Shown here piece after piece: positions 1 to 14,576 of a DNA stretch of 64,000 nucleotides. The stretch lies in NCBI RefSeq assembly GCF_009914755.1, contig NC_060931.1. The stretch is one strand, 5' to 3'. Both the position numbers and the translations under genes were made by a program. Numbering within the stretch: the first letter of the stretch is position 1; every line of letters starts with the position of its first letter. The notes under the pieces are model-generated. The model had not been told where the DNA came from and did not search any database. It saw only the letters and a program-made list of their open reading frames with translations. Source of the DNA: the human T2T-CHM13v2.0 reference genome, Homo sapiens.

Positions 1-367
1 ACTTTAAAAGAATGAGTTTGAGCTACATAAACAACATGGAAAGTTCTCTAACATTTATTGTGACATGATGACATTTATTGTAAATCGTTTAAAGGTGTGT
101 AATATGCACAAGTTTGATCCTTCTTATAAAACAGCAGGAAAGTATATATTTCTACATGTATGTATATAATTTCATGGAAATACACAGGAATAAAGTTATC
201 TGGGATGATATACATCAAATGAATAATAATTACCTATGGGGTAGGAATTGCTCTTGGCTAAAAAGGGTAAGAACGTTCTTGTACTTTGTACATCAATAGA
301 TACTTACTTGATGTTTAAATTGTTTTGTCAAAAAAATGGTTTCAAGTATACTTAATTTCATCTTAAG

Positions 368-690
<323 letters not shown>

Positions 691-1756
691 TAAAGAAATA
701 AAAATATTATGTGTTTAAAATGTTTTAGATACTTTTAGTTATGATGACACTTCTCAACCTAACTTGTAGTCTCAACCATATTTTTATATGTTTTATCTAT
801 CTTTGATTTGGGGTGGATCTCTCAATACTATCTTTCAGCTTAAAAATTATCTCTAACAGTAAATTTTCTAGAGTTTATCTTGTCTACAGTAGTGTTTTAA
901 TTTCAATTACATTTTTCAATTCCACAGTTTCTAATAAGTTCTCTTTCATATTCATGCATTCATGTTTCATTCTGCCTATTTTGTTATATAATTTCTTGCT
1001 CTTTCTCAATGAAAGTTCTCTCTTCAATTATCTTCATAATAAAGCACACTTATTTTATAGTATTGATCAGATCTTTCTGCTAAATTAATTTTACCCAAAA
1101 TGAATTCATGTTTACATTATTGATTAATCAAGTTGCCTTTCTCAGAAGTAGACTTTTTTTTTTTTTTAGAATTTTGGTACTCAGTCTTATTTATACTGAA
1201 TAAGGTAAAGTGGCTTAACAGAAACTAGTCTTGATAAGGTAAACCAAATAAGTGAAAATAGTGCCAAACACAGATTCATAAGCATCATATATATTTAATG
1301 TCAATTGTTCCAATCTTTTCTCAACTCCAACTTTAAATTTTAATCAAGTTAATGAAAAGCAAGCCTACATTGTTATTATTTAAGTCTGAATATTCGGCCT
1401 TCAGAAATTCTGCAAAACTTTCTTGGTTCAGTAAGATTTCTATATTAAGATAAAAAATCTATCTAATGCAACGAACATCCACAGCTGTCAGCTAAATGAA
1501 ATGTCTGGGTTTTCTTTTTTTAAAAAAAGCAGAGAATTATAAAAAGTAATACACTAAATAGTTTATTTTAACTTAGAAACACAAATAGATATTGATTTGC
1601 CTGTCTTTTAAAGTTATTTGAAGATATAAAAATTATTTAAGAATAGCCAATAATAGAAATTATGCCATAATCACCCCATTAATTACTTTTTTTCTATCTT
1701 CCATGGCTCCCAGCACATATTTTGCAGTATCTAACTGAAGGTATTAATTAAGTTAT

Positions 1757-1811
1757 TTGGATGGAAGGATGGATGGATGGATGGATGGATGGATGGATGG
1801 ATGGATGGATG
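1757..1811. repeat. (GGAT)n microsatellite
   Basis: About 11 consecutive GGAT units, preceded by degenerate units. Confidence 0.95.
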
Positions 1812-1825
1812 AAATGGACCAATGA

Positions 1826-2125
1826 ATGGGCAGATGGATGGACAGTTGAATGGGCAGGTAGGCTGACAAATAAAAGAATCAACCATTCAGCAAGATGAGC
1901 CAAGTCTGACCTCAAATTAGTTAAACCTAGAGTGTCTTAGTTACCCAAGGTAAACCGAGAAACTAAGTACCATACATGGGCAGATGTATGGACAGTTGAA
2001 TGGGCAGGTAGGCTGACAAATAAATGAATCAACCATTCAGCAAGGTGAACCAAGTCTGACCTCAAATTAGTTAAACCTAGAGTGTCTTAGTTACCCAAGG
2101 CAAACAGAAAAACTAAGTACCATAC
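1826..2125. repeat. 150-bp tandem duplication (2 copies)
   Basis: 1826-1975 and 1976-2125 align without gaps; 7 mismatches by my count. Confidence 0.97.
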
Positions 2126-4819
2126 ATTCAGGATTAGATTTTCCTTCTTTTCCATCAACATTAGCAGAAGCAAAACCAGCAACAGCATCAACAAACATTC
2201 ACTAAAAATCTGTCATGTGAAGGCCTCTATGAGGTTTACCAGAGATACAAAGAAATAAAAAGGACTGCCTCTGCACATAATCCAGTTGGAGAGTTAAAAC
2301 ACACATAAAAGGATAGATTACGATTCAGGGCAACTTGTGAAAGGTGGCAAGTAGGTGAGACAGAGAACAGAGTGAGACAAAGGAAGAAGGCAAGGGCAGA
2401 AGCACAGTGAAAGCACTTCATGGAGGAGGCAGGACCTCAACTATGGTAGAGAAGAGAAAGTTCTGCAGTCAAATGCACAGTGGCAGAGATGATAACTGTA
2501 GGGCAAAGATGAGATCAGTTTAACAGAGGAGAGTGTTTGTAGGAAAGATGTGTAGAAGTTATGTGTGATTAAAGAATAGAAGCAAACTGTGAAGGAAAGA
2601 AATGCTATTGCTATTTTTTTTCTCCTTAGCACGTTCCTCCCCCCCTTTTTTTGCTATGAATCTCAATATTTTAGATAAGAACATTAAAGTTCAACCATCT
2701 ACCCCCACCCCTGTCATTCTAGTTACAGTAAATTGTTATTGCATAAATGGGGACTAGGTATTCTCAATAATAAACTACATTGGTAAAAATAATTAATGGA
2801 TATGCCATAAATCAAACAATCATATATAATAAGTACACTTAATAGTACAAGTTTATGAAAAATAAATTGCTTTACCTACTTGGGAGTTAGTTTAGGATCT
2901 TATAGCACAAAAAGCACACATGAAGGAAATAAAAATTGTTGATCCTTATCTAGCATCATTTAGCCAGACACTGTAGTATATGCCTCTGATTATCATTTCA
3001 CTAACACTTACTATATACTCTGTGAGGTATTATTGTCTTGTGAATAAAGAAATCTAGGTTTGTAATTTTTATCCATTAATGAGAAAGAACTAGCAATAGA
3101 AAGAATTAGCAGGAATTCCACATTCTTGTCCCTTTGCCCCAATATTGCATGCATGTGCACATGCTTAAGATTTGCAGTTGGCAACAAGCTTCACCAAAAA
3201 TAAATTCTGTCAATACAACTATTTATCCTGAGTCTCAAGAATATTGTCCCAGGAGTCAATAACTACCTTTTTTCTTGATCCCAGTACACTACAAGTGAGC
3301 TCCTCTGGATTTTATTTGTACAAACGATTCTTCCTTCAAACTAAATTACTGTAAAAACACTTACCACAAAGGAAATTGCTAACAAAATCATTATCTACCT
3401 CAGTACAAACTAATGTTATTACTTTCAGGAAACAGAAGCAACTGAATTATATAATAGAAATATTAGTTTAAAAGGTCACTGGATGTCAGAATGTATCATT
3501 TTGCAGAAGCCTCTTGAGACTATTCATCAGAAATTATAATGCTTAGAACATCAAATTCAATGCCATGATTCAGCAGATCTCTCTCCTCCCTGGTTCATTT
3601 AGCACCAGCCATGAAGCTAAGTAAAGGGAAGATAGTTATTCTCTCTGAAAAGAGAGAGTATTTCTCTCTGAAATAATTCCTTCCACTTGCAATTAAGAAG
3701 AATTAAAAAAAAAGAGAGGCCCATGTAAGTTGTTCTTTATTAATATACACCTAATACCCTACATAAATATATAGAACATACACCTTGACATTAGCTCTAG
3801 GAAGAACCAGCTTAGCCCTACACCGCATTTTACAGATGAAGCAACTAAGACACAGTGAAGTAAAGAGTTTAACCAATCAAAATTGCAGAAATAGTGACTG
3901 AAAAAACTGGAAGTAAGGAGGAGTAATTAAACAAACTACACCACTCCTCTCAACTAGATAAAAACTATTCAGTACAATTGAACATGAAACAAAGATACAA
4001 AAGCTAGTAATGTTTTCAGTCCTCTATCTCATTCAAAGACTTCAACTCAACTTTTTATTCTGTACCTATACTTGCATAGTAAAAGAATTTTGGTGAAAAT
4101 TGACTAGTTAGCCTTCTGTAATATATCAAAATACCTTCCAAACACCATACTGAAAGGAACTGAGGCTAAAATAGCATTCAAAAGCCATATCAAATAAGGA
4201 TGCTATGTTCCAAAACACATGGTTTAAGAACTGCACATAGCCCCCCAGAGTGCTAGTTGGGATTCTCAGGCAAATTATAGTTGTCAAAGAAATATCAATT
4301 CTTTGTAGATCACTGATACTACCATTCTATATACAGAATACTCTAGAAACAATTCACTGTAACATATTAAACATAATCAAGAAACTCTAGTACATGTGGA
4401 AAAAATAGAAAAAAAAAGTTATTGGGTATCAAATGAACTGAAATCCGAAAGTTCCTTTTTCCTGACTTCAAGTTTTGTAGCATACACAGTGCAAAAAGAA
4501 TCATTATTATTGGGCAACAAATATATCTATAGTAATTCAATATGATCCCTGAATATTTGACATTTTTTGTTCTGTTACAGACTTCTTTGTACTTCAAAGA
4601 GATGACAGCCTGATAATACATCCATTCAACTTTTTCCTATGTCAAAGGAAAAGCTGGGATAAACAGAAAAATATAAAAGATGTTATTCTAGTTGTTCTTA
4701 AAAAACAAAGTAATTATATCCTATTTAGATTCTTTAAGAATTAAGACTGTGTATGTTTTCAGCCAATATGATCCCTATTTCCTCAAAACACATCTCTAAT
4801 GTCCACCATACTTTCAAAT

Positions 4820-5380
4820 ATAGAACATAATAGAACCACTTTGGAGAATTCTTTAGCTGTATCTCCTAGGGCAGAACATGTATGTACATATCCTAGGTCC
4901 CAGGAAGTCCACTCCTAGATTTATACCAAAGAGAAATTCACAAATGTACAGGAAAGTTCAAGCATTTGTAATAGCCAAAAACTGGAAACAACCCAAATGT
5001 CTATTAACAAGAGGATGGAAACATAAATCATAGAACAGTCTTACAAAGGAATACTACATAGCAAAAAAACATTGAACTTCTGTTATAAATAGCAGGAATG
5101 AACCTCACCTGCACAATGGTCAGTGAAAGAAGTCAGGCACAAAAGAGTACTTACTATAAGTACGCTTTTGATTAATACACACTTCTGGCAAATCTAACCT
5201 ATGGAGACAAAAGTCATCTGGGTAAAGACAGGAAGGTCACATGAGGGAGGAAATGTTCTTTATCGATATTGATCAGTGTGATAATTACATGGACCAATAC
5301 TCTGGAAAAGTTCATCAAGCTGTACTTTCAAGATGTGTGCACATTTCTGTTTGTATGATATACTTCAATTTTTAATTTTC
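4820..5380 (+). mobile_element. Old L1 (L1ME-like) 3' end fragment
   Basis: agcatttgtaatagccaaaaactggaaacaacccaaatgtctattaacaagaggatgg...ggaatactacatagc...gtgaaagaagtcaggcacaaaagagtac...tatacttcaat: typical L1M 3' end motifs. Confidence 0.85.
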
Positions 5381-6028
5381 ACCAAAAATATTAAGTATAT
5401 GTTAGAATTTTTCAAAGATTACATTCTGCAGCAATGAATTCAGCAGAGCAATATTGAGAATAATTGGATTCTAGTAATAATTCGTCTACTAATCAGCTGT
5501 GTAATCAATCTTTAATACAACCTAACCTCTCAGTGATAATTCTGGTAGCCAATACATCACACAGAAAAGTTCTCAAGATATTAAATCAATTTTATTCATT
5601 TAACAAATATTTACTATGAGCCACTGTTCTAGGCACCTGTCTCTTGCATTCTAATGGAGGGAAACAGAAAATACTCAGCAAACATAATGAATGAATATAT
5701 GAATAAATGATGTAAACTGCAATCAATGTTTAAAAAAACATAGTTACATACATATGAATTTGTACGTGTATATATACACCAAATGAGACTTTCAATCCAG
5801 TCTTAACACACCTAAACATATATAAATACAGAAAGGAAACTGGCTTGAAATAACTATTTCATTATGATCTAAATTAAAACCATTCCCATGGTAAATGCTC
5901 CTGCATAAATCTTTATAAATAATTAGCCTTGATAACATATGAAATATTTAAACATATCCTTGAAACCACAGAGGATAGAGCTAGAACCAAAAAGGCAGAT
6001 TTTTCAAAGGAAGAAATTAGTTCAATAT

Positions 6029-6384
6029 TGCTATGGTCTGAACGTGTCTTCCAAAAAGCAAGTTTTAGAAACTTAATCCCAATGCAACAGGGTTGAAAGG
6101 TGAGGCCTAATGGGAGGTGTTTAGGTCATGCAGGCTCCACCTTTATGCGGAGATTCACACTAATTACAAAAGAGTTTGAGGCTGTGTGTTTGATCTCTCA
6201 CCCTCTTTTGACTTCTTTTTGCTCTTCCACCACAAGATGAAACAGCAAGATGGCCCTCACCAGATGCCAGCTGCTCAATCTTAGACTTCCCAGACTCTAG
6301 AACCATGAGCCAATAAATTTCTATTCATTATAAATTACCCAGTCTCAGGTAGGCTGTTATAGCGGCACAAAACAGGCCAAGACA
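6029..6384 (+). mobile_element. MaLR solo LTR (MSTC/MSTD-like)
   Basis: Starts tgctatggtctgaacgtgtc, ends aacaggccaagaca (TG...CA); contains ggccctcaccagatgc, cttagacttcccag and aataaatttctattcattataaattacccagtctcagg. Confidence 0.92.
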
Positions 6385-6622
6385 GGTATTTAAGAAAGAA
6401 CTTTAAGTAACCAAAATATTTTAAAAGACAATATTAAAAGAGAGATTTGATACTGGATTGTAGAGGAGAAATAACTTTTGTATTTGGGAGGAAGGTTAGA
6501 TTTGACTTATAGAAAACTTCCAGAACTTAAATTTGTCAATTGGGAGTTTTCAATATATACTAAAATATTATATTTTTATAAAATCTTTTTTGCATATATA
6601 CAAAATACAAAGAACAAAGGTT

Positions 6623-6919
<297 letters not shown>

Positions 6920-7444
6920 TCATATACAATTTTACACTGGTAATAAACTGACATTTGAATTTCTCTGTATTATCTTATTGATCTTAAAAATGCTATTATA
7001 ATTACGCAAATATAATTATATATAATTTTCTGTTCATTATTCAACGAGCATTGTCTAGAAGTATTTTAAATATGTCAACTTTCACTGTAATTCTAGCTAG
7101 CTTAAAATTTTTGTAGTAGTAAGTATTCACTCTTTCAAAGATACACGAATCTCTAAAAAGTTATATGATTTCTTTAAAATTTAACACCCTTCTAACATAA
7201 AAGTTATGCAAAACCCCAGCAAACTACCAAAACAAACCATGTATATGCTAAACTCAAATTGCCTAAAAATTTAAATAACAGAATAAAGTAGCAATAAGAT
7301 TCAGTGAGGACCTGTTTATACCACTCCCTGGTAGTTTCAAACAGTCTCATTGATTAAACCTAACCAAGCTGAAAATCCTTGCAACTACCTATTATGCATA
7401 CTAGACTTTTGCAGAATATTATCAACAAATATTTATTGAGTGGT

Positions 7445-8880
7445 TGTATCCCTTTCCAATCTATTATTCACACTACAATTACAAGGATCTTTGTTAAATG
7501 TTAATTGTATCAAGTCATGCCTCTTCTAAAAATCATAAATGGCCCCCTGTCTACCACAACATTATATCTAAGTTCTTAAAATGGCTCTTGGAGTATTATA
7601 ACATGCCCTGCTCACTTCTGTGACTTTTCCTTTCTCTAGTCTCTCTGAACTAAACTCTTCAACTACAGGGATCCAACTTCAACTCCTCTTCTGAGCTTTT
7701 CAGATTCTGGCTCTAATCACAAGCTATCACCTCTGCCTACCACACTATATCCTGTCCTTTCTAACTTCCACTCGGCCTTCACTATTCAGCTGAGACATGA
7801 CATTCACCCAGAATCCTTTCCTGGCTCCCTGCGCACCCAGTGCTTCGCTCCTTCAGCAACCACATAGTGTGTAATGTCCCGTCTTCTCCACTATCAGCAA
7901 GAGAGGGACCATTTCTCTGTGTCCCTGCTCTATATACAATGGCACTTAGTAAACTCAGTATCTTTTTAATACATGAGTGAAAGATATCAATGCCAGCCCC
8001 ATGCTGAGTCCTTGAGACATAACATAGAATAAAAATGTATTTCCTGCACAGAGAATTTGATGGTCTAGGTGTTCATTTACATTTGAAAAGGCAGGGTGAA
8101 ACAGAAAGTAACCTTGTGATCACCATAAACTCTTCAAGCTTTATTTTCCTCTTCTGTAAAGTGAGGAACCTTCACCACCCCATTTTGTGGTACAACCATC
8201 ATTTACTGATCAAAACAGAAAACTGATCGTGGTCATTGTTTCTTCTCTCTCCCTGAAATGCTATTTCCCATACAACCCAAAAAGTCTCGGTATGAACCTG
8301 CAAAGGGATATTTTGAATCTGACCACTTATCTCCATTTTTTCTATACTCACAGTAATCCACTTCCCCTCTCTTAGACCTCTAAATGCATTATTTCCATTC
8401 TTGCCCCATCCAATTTATTTTAATATAGAGCTGTCAAACTATAAATAGAAGTCACTTTACTTAAAATCTCTCTCAATGACTTCCTACCATCCTATTAATG
8501 ATCTGATTTCTACTGACCTCTCCAAACATACCTCCACCAGCTTTGTCCTAGTAAAGCTCCAGCCACATGGCCTCCTCCAGATCTTGCAACATGCCAAGTT
8601 TTTTCCACCTCAGAACCTTTATACATGCTGTTCATTCTGGCTAGCACATTCTTCCCTTCACTTTGTGTATGCCTGCTTCCTTTTCTTCCTTCAGTTTCAA
8701 TGTAATACCTCTTGAAATAGACTTTCCTTGGACACCATATCTAAACTGAACTCTCAATCTGTATTCCTGTTTTTCTCTATTACCCATTCACTGATCTTTC
8801 CTTCTTTGTTCTTCAGCATATTCCCAATAGATAGAGCCATGTCTGGCATACAGTAGAAAGACTAAAAATGATTTAGGAAG
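7445..8880 (+). mobile_element. L2 LINE 3' fragments (two pieces)
   Basis: Degenerate L2 motifs: ccaatctattattcacactac...tcaagtcatgcctcttctaaaaatc; ccagccacatggcctcctccag; gtctggcatacagtag. Confidence 0.6.
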
Positions 8881-9949
8881 GAAGCAAAAAGGCAGGGAAG
8901 CTGTCTATAGGTGTAATATATGCAGACTATTTTGATGTGAACACAAGGTTCTTATTTTCTCTAAATTTCACCTTCAACAGCCTAACACCCATCAGTAGAG
9001 ATGGATAAATGCCTTCTGTTTTGAACACTACCGTTCATACATAAGTTACCTGAGATTAAGTCATGTATTAACATGTATCAATATAGCTGAGTTTTTAAAA
9101 GTAGATCGCTGTTACCTTAGGAAGGACAAACAGGAGAATGGAGGAAAAGAAGATAAAACACTGGAGAATTTTAATAAGAGAGAACAAGTCGACAAAGTTC
9201 TGAAAATGAAGTGGCACCTAAAGGCACCAGGAAGAGGCCACAGTGATAAATCTCTGGAGGAGAATATGAGGCAAAACAACATTTAAGTCCCAGAAACCCA
9301 GGGACTCAACTCGGGTATAACAGTAGTAAAACTGACAGGGCAGAGGTAGTAGTAAAGATAAACCCTGAGTAACTCACATACAGTTTTCCTTAGAGTTTTA
9401 TTGAACAGATTTATTAAGAATGAAAACTGGAAATTTCATATAATATCACATAAAACATTATCCACATTTTAAGATTCAATAAATTCCTTTATCACTCCTG
9501 GGCAAATCTAATATTACTAAATGTGTAATATTACTAATTTGAGGTCAAGTAAAAATTCCAAGTAGACAGATTTTTACATCAAACTATTTTAGTTGTGCTT
9601 CATTAGAAAGCTCAACATGATCAGGTTCATTTCCTCTTGGTCACCTGAGGCACAATTTGCTACCCACCACTCTGCAATAAGCAGCTGTTTGCAATAAGCC
9701 CTATGTTGCACACATTGGACTGTCTCCTGGGGTTTACAGGATGTTGATTCCTAAAGGCCAGATTTAACACTTTGGGGAAATATAAAAGACAGCATGCAAA
9801 TACAGAAGAAGAAATAATGTATGGTATTTGATTATTTGAGGACTGCAACATATTACAGGAATTGGTTACCACAGAAACTGTGATCTGTAAATGGTCCAGG
9901 TGGAATATGCTTGAAAATAACATGATATGCAAAAACTGAGTTGACTCAT

Positions 9950-10430
9950 AGAACATCAGAGGAGGCTAGTGCAATGGAGATTATCTAGTGGGATTCTGGC
10001 TAGTGGCTAACAAGTCTAGCTCTGTATTCAAAGTACTAATGTCCCATTTGACAATCCTGACTGGTGAACATCAGGCCTCCACCAAAATAGCTGCTATACT
10101 GTCCAGGTCATTTTAAGGCAGCTCTGTTATGGAATTCTTCATATTGAGTGAAAAACCTACCTAAACTCTTTAATATACACCCATGTGGCTATGCTCCTTA
10201 GAGCCAAGAGAATAAACTGAATTCATCTTCCACATCTCCACAAATACTTGGAAGCAGCTATTGCATATCCTCTTGCCTCAGTTTTCTTGTCTTCAGATTA
10301 AATAGCTATAGCTTATTCAATTTCAACCATTACTGCAAGACATAACATTGGGTTATTTCAATTACCTAACCACTCTCTTCTAAATATGTTGTCATTGCTA
10401 TATTTCAATGATCAAAGACAAATACACTAA
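9950..10430 (-). mobile_element. Possible CR1/L3 remnant
   Basis: catagaacatcagagg...gagattatctagt...ggcagctctgttatggaattcttcatattgagt...aaatacttggaagcagctatt resembles the reverse L3 3' region; highly diverged. Confidence 0.4.
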
Positions 10431-10869
10431 GTCAACGATAAGAACCATCATATGTAGTAAGTGCTTTGTATGTCTTATTTCAGTAAAGCCTAATATGGAA
10501 GACATTATAATCACCAACTTATAAATGAAGATACTGAGGATTACAGAAATAGAAATACTTGCTAGAGGCTATATTGGGAGTAACAAAGTCAGGAATTGAA
10601 CCCATGTTGACTCCACTATGCCCTAACCCTTGTCCTGGGCTATTTCAGGAGAGACCTAAGCAGAGCAGAGGAGAGAAGGGGGTAAGAGACACTACTGAGC
10701 ATCTGTTAGATCCAGAATCTGTTATTCAATATGTAAGCTGACTCATATATTCAAACTATCTATGCAATCAACATACCAACTACATTTTTCTCCAAGTAGT
10801 TTGGATGGAGCCTTCCAAATGATCCAGGAAAAAGTGTGAACTTACCTCACACTTACAGGCCCACTGAGT

Positions 10870-11650
10870 TTTTTAAGTGATAAAATTTATACTTTCACTA
10901 TGGTATTTTAAAAGATCCCTCTGGAAGTATACATGGACAGATAAACAGAAAGCCACACTAGAGACTGAGAGCTTATAGCTCTGAGGTGAGCCAAGACAAG
11001 AAGCTGACTAGATTACAGGTGTGTAGATGGAACAATATTTATGAATTCAAGAGAGATTTTTAAAAGCAGAACTGACAGTACTTGGTGATGCTTTAGATTT
11101 GTAAGCTGTGGTATAGCAGTGACTTAGAATGTGGCTCTGGTCAGACTCTGGGCTTTAAATTCCAGCTACACCACTTTAATTTGTGTGAATGAAGCTATAC
11201 TTTGGTTTCTGTAACTGTGACATAGGCACAAGAGCACCTAACTCATAGAGATGCTGGCAAAATTAACTGTGATAATAGATGGCAGAGGGTTTAAAAAGTC
11301 TCTGTCTCATAAGAAATGTTCACTAATCACTAATGTGATTGATAAGGAGAAGAAGGAAAAAAAAGAAGAGAGGTGGGAAAAGGCAGTCTAGAACGACTGC
11401 CAAGTCTCTGCTTAGGTGAATGAATAAACTCAGAGAGAACAGAGGCAGAAAGGCTGGCTTGAGGAAGAAGAATTTTGTTCTGAATGTGATGGGCTTGAGG
11501 TATGTGACAGGCATACAGATAGCAATAGATTGAAGAATATGGAGTGTCAGCAGGGTAGTCTAGCCTTTTAAAGAAGCTTGGTTAAGAAGGAAAGCAGAGA
11601 GGATGTAAGGGCCAGAGGAGGGAAGTGACTTATTTTTATGGGTACACAAG
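10870..11650 (-). mobile_element. L2 fragment with nested MIR (MIR + strand, ~11105-11335)
   Basis: ttttaaaagatccctctgg, gaactgacagtacttggtgatg (reverse L2); gtggctctggtcagactctgggctttaaattccagctacaccact (MIR core). Confidence 0.55.
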
Positions 11651-12215
11651 CAAGTTAGAGTTTGAAAGAGAAATGCCAGAAGACAGGGAGGGGTTGAAGG
11701 TAAAAACGATTAAGAAGTGGACGAAACCAGTCTCCAAGGGACAAGGTCAGGAATTAAACTCATGTTTTGCTCCAAAGCCCCTACCCTAACTCCTGACCTG
11801 ACTACTTGAGCAGAAACCAAGCCAGGGCAGAAGAGAGAATGGATAACCAGAGAAACAGGCTAAGAGCACAAGAATAAGCTTCAAGCAGGACTAAGAGGAA
11901 CAGTAGGAAAGAGGGAAGGATGGCTACAGAGAGGAAGCCTCTCTCCGGTGTTCATATTTCCCAATCACCTGAGATCAGCTCCAAGGAGGTTGGGGAGTAG
12001 AGGGTTGGGCTTGAGTATGATTATCAGATTTAGAATATATGAAAAAAACAGGAGAGAAAGGGACAAAAGAAAAGCCATTCCTGCAATGAGCTTCTACTCA
12101 ATCTTTCAAGGCCCAATTCCATTGTGTGTCATCTGTGACATAGTTCCCCACCTTTCCTCTTTCATAAATGAAATTTATCTCTCACAGAAAATTTTATTTT
12201 AAAAAGTTCTATCAA

Positions 12216-12602
12216 GACTGGATTAAGAAAATGTGGCACATATACACCATGGAATACTATGCAGCCATAAAAAAAAGGATGAGTTCATGTCCTTTGTAGG
12301 GACATGGATGCAGCTGGAAACCATCACTCTGAGCAAACTATCGCAAGGACAGAAAACCAAATACTGCATGTTCTCACTCATAGGTGGGAACTGAACAATG
12401 AGAACACTTGGACACAGGGTGGGGAACATCACACACTGGAGCCTGTCGTGGGGTGGGGGGAGGGGGGAGGGATAGCATTAGGAGATAGACCTAATGTAAA
12501 TGATGAGTTGATGGGTGCAGCACACCAACATGGCACATGTATACATACGTAACAAACCTGCACATTGTGCACATGTACCCTAGAACTTAAAGTATAATAA
12601 AA
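12216..12602 (+). mobile_element. 5'-truncated L1PA (L1PA4/5-like) 3' end with TSD
   Basis: gactggattaagaaaatgtggcacatatacaccatgg...G-rich tract...catgtaccctagaacttaaagtataataa-polyA; 15-bp TSD aaaaagttctatcaa (12201-12215 / 12603-12617) after a TTTT/AAAA endonuclease site. Confidence 0.97.
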
Positions 12603-14281
12603 AAAAAGTTCTATCAAAGTATTTATGAAGATGAAATACTTCTAAAGTGCTTATATAAAATCTTTATATGAGAAGATTTTATCTTCATAAATACGTCTCT
12701 CCAACTAGGTCACATTTTGTTTAATGCTAAATTCTCATCCACTCCCTAAAACACAGTAGATGTTCATGTTTTCTTAAAAAGACTGAGCCAGTTTTCGGTC
12801 CATCTAACTATACTCTAATACACTTCCTTCTCCATTTCAGTATGTTAGAAACCAAATGATGCAGTTTTTGAGAATAACAAATAAAGAAAACCTGCAAAAT
12901 TGTCCTAATAGCAAACAGTTAACATGAGTCTGCCCTACGAATAAGATCATTGCTTCCAAACGTTTTTAAAATACCCCCAATGGTATTATTAGTATCATTT
13001 ATAGAACTAGACTTGTGTGATAGTCTTTAGAAACTGTTAAGATAGCATTAAAATATATCTCATAGGTCCCTCGATGCTCTCCTGGTACAAAATGAACCTG
13101 TGCCATTTACATATTAGCTGACTCTGACATCCAAGGGTTCTGGTATCTGAAAGCAATGAATATGACTTCTTCTGTCCATCTTATGTGTATCTCATAAGCT
13201 CCTAAGGACTTTCCTGGAAAGATTTTAGACTAGCAAAGAAATATTTTCTTCATCAAAAATCCTTTCAAGTATTTATTTCCTTCCCAAGTAGACTGAGTTC
13301 TGTGTGTACTGGTTAATACTTTATAAGCTTCAGCTTGCATGCAGAACACATCAGAGGCTGTTTTATTTCCAGACATAGTTTTCCTGAAATTTTAATTGTT
13401 TGCCATGAGGAAAAAAATGATTTCAGAGCTCAAACTACATTACCTACGAGGAGTCTCCCAGAGCTCTAATTACCAGAATCAGAACATAGGATTGCTACTT
13501 CAATTCCATTTTTCACTAAAATATTGGCAAAATAACAAATTAAATAAAATTATGGCTAATGTTAATAACAATAAATTATTTAACAAATATGAAGGAGCAC
13601 CTATGTTGAGCAGCTGCTATGTTAGGCATTGGGATGGTAACCAAAATGCATGAAACATTGTTTCCACTCCCCCAAGAATTTTACAGGCAAGTGGGATGCA
13701 ATATACCTCACTATGGAAAAAAAAGTGAGACAGCAAAAAATAGTTTTAAATTTTTGAGCAAAGTTTAACCAAATGCAACCCAGTTAATTTACATCAGGTG
13801 CCTTTCTCTTTAAATTTCAAATGATAAAAGTCAGCTTCTCCCTCTAAACTTCAATAAGGCAAATAAATATTTCTTGGCTTTCATGAAGCCCTAGGAGCCT
13901 TAACTATGCAACAGTTCATTCACTAAGAATGCCTGTAGAGGAAGAAGGGTAGTCAGGTGGTACCAGCAAGGGGAGTAGAATGAAGTCCCTGCTTTAAAGA
14001 GAGACAAGAGCTAGATAAAACAGCCACTGAAAGAAAGGAAAGGAAGGGGAGGCCAAAGAAAATACATGGCTTCTCTTAGTAGGGCCAAATCATGAGGCCC
14101 AATCCAGCCTTCTAGCTTGACTTCCTCTCCTATTGTCTCTCAGGAGCCCTCTCCCTGTTCTAGTCAAAATAAATGTCTCTTCTCTGATGTAGAATAAGAG
14201 TCCCCGACCCACACCCAATATCATGGCTCTCATCTACTGCATGTGAGCTCATTACTTTATTTATCAAAACAAAGATGGTCC

Positions 14282-14576
<295 letters not shown>

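Noticed and set aside
4367-4637. 84-aa minus-strand ORF downstream of a good-looking acceptor (cttttcctttgacatag|G)
   Set aside because: No convincing donor and no recognisable protein; the ORF runs into T-rich low-complexity sequence. A terminal exon cannot be excluded but is unsupported.
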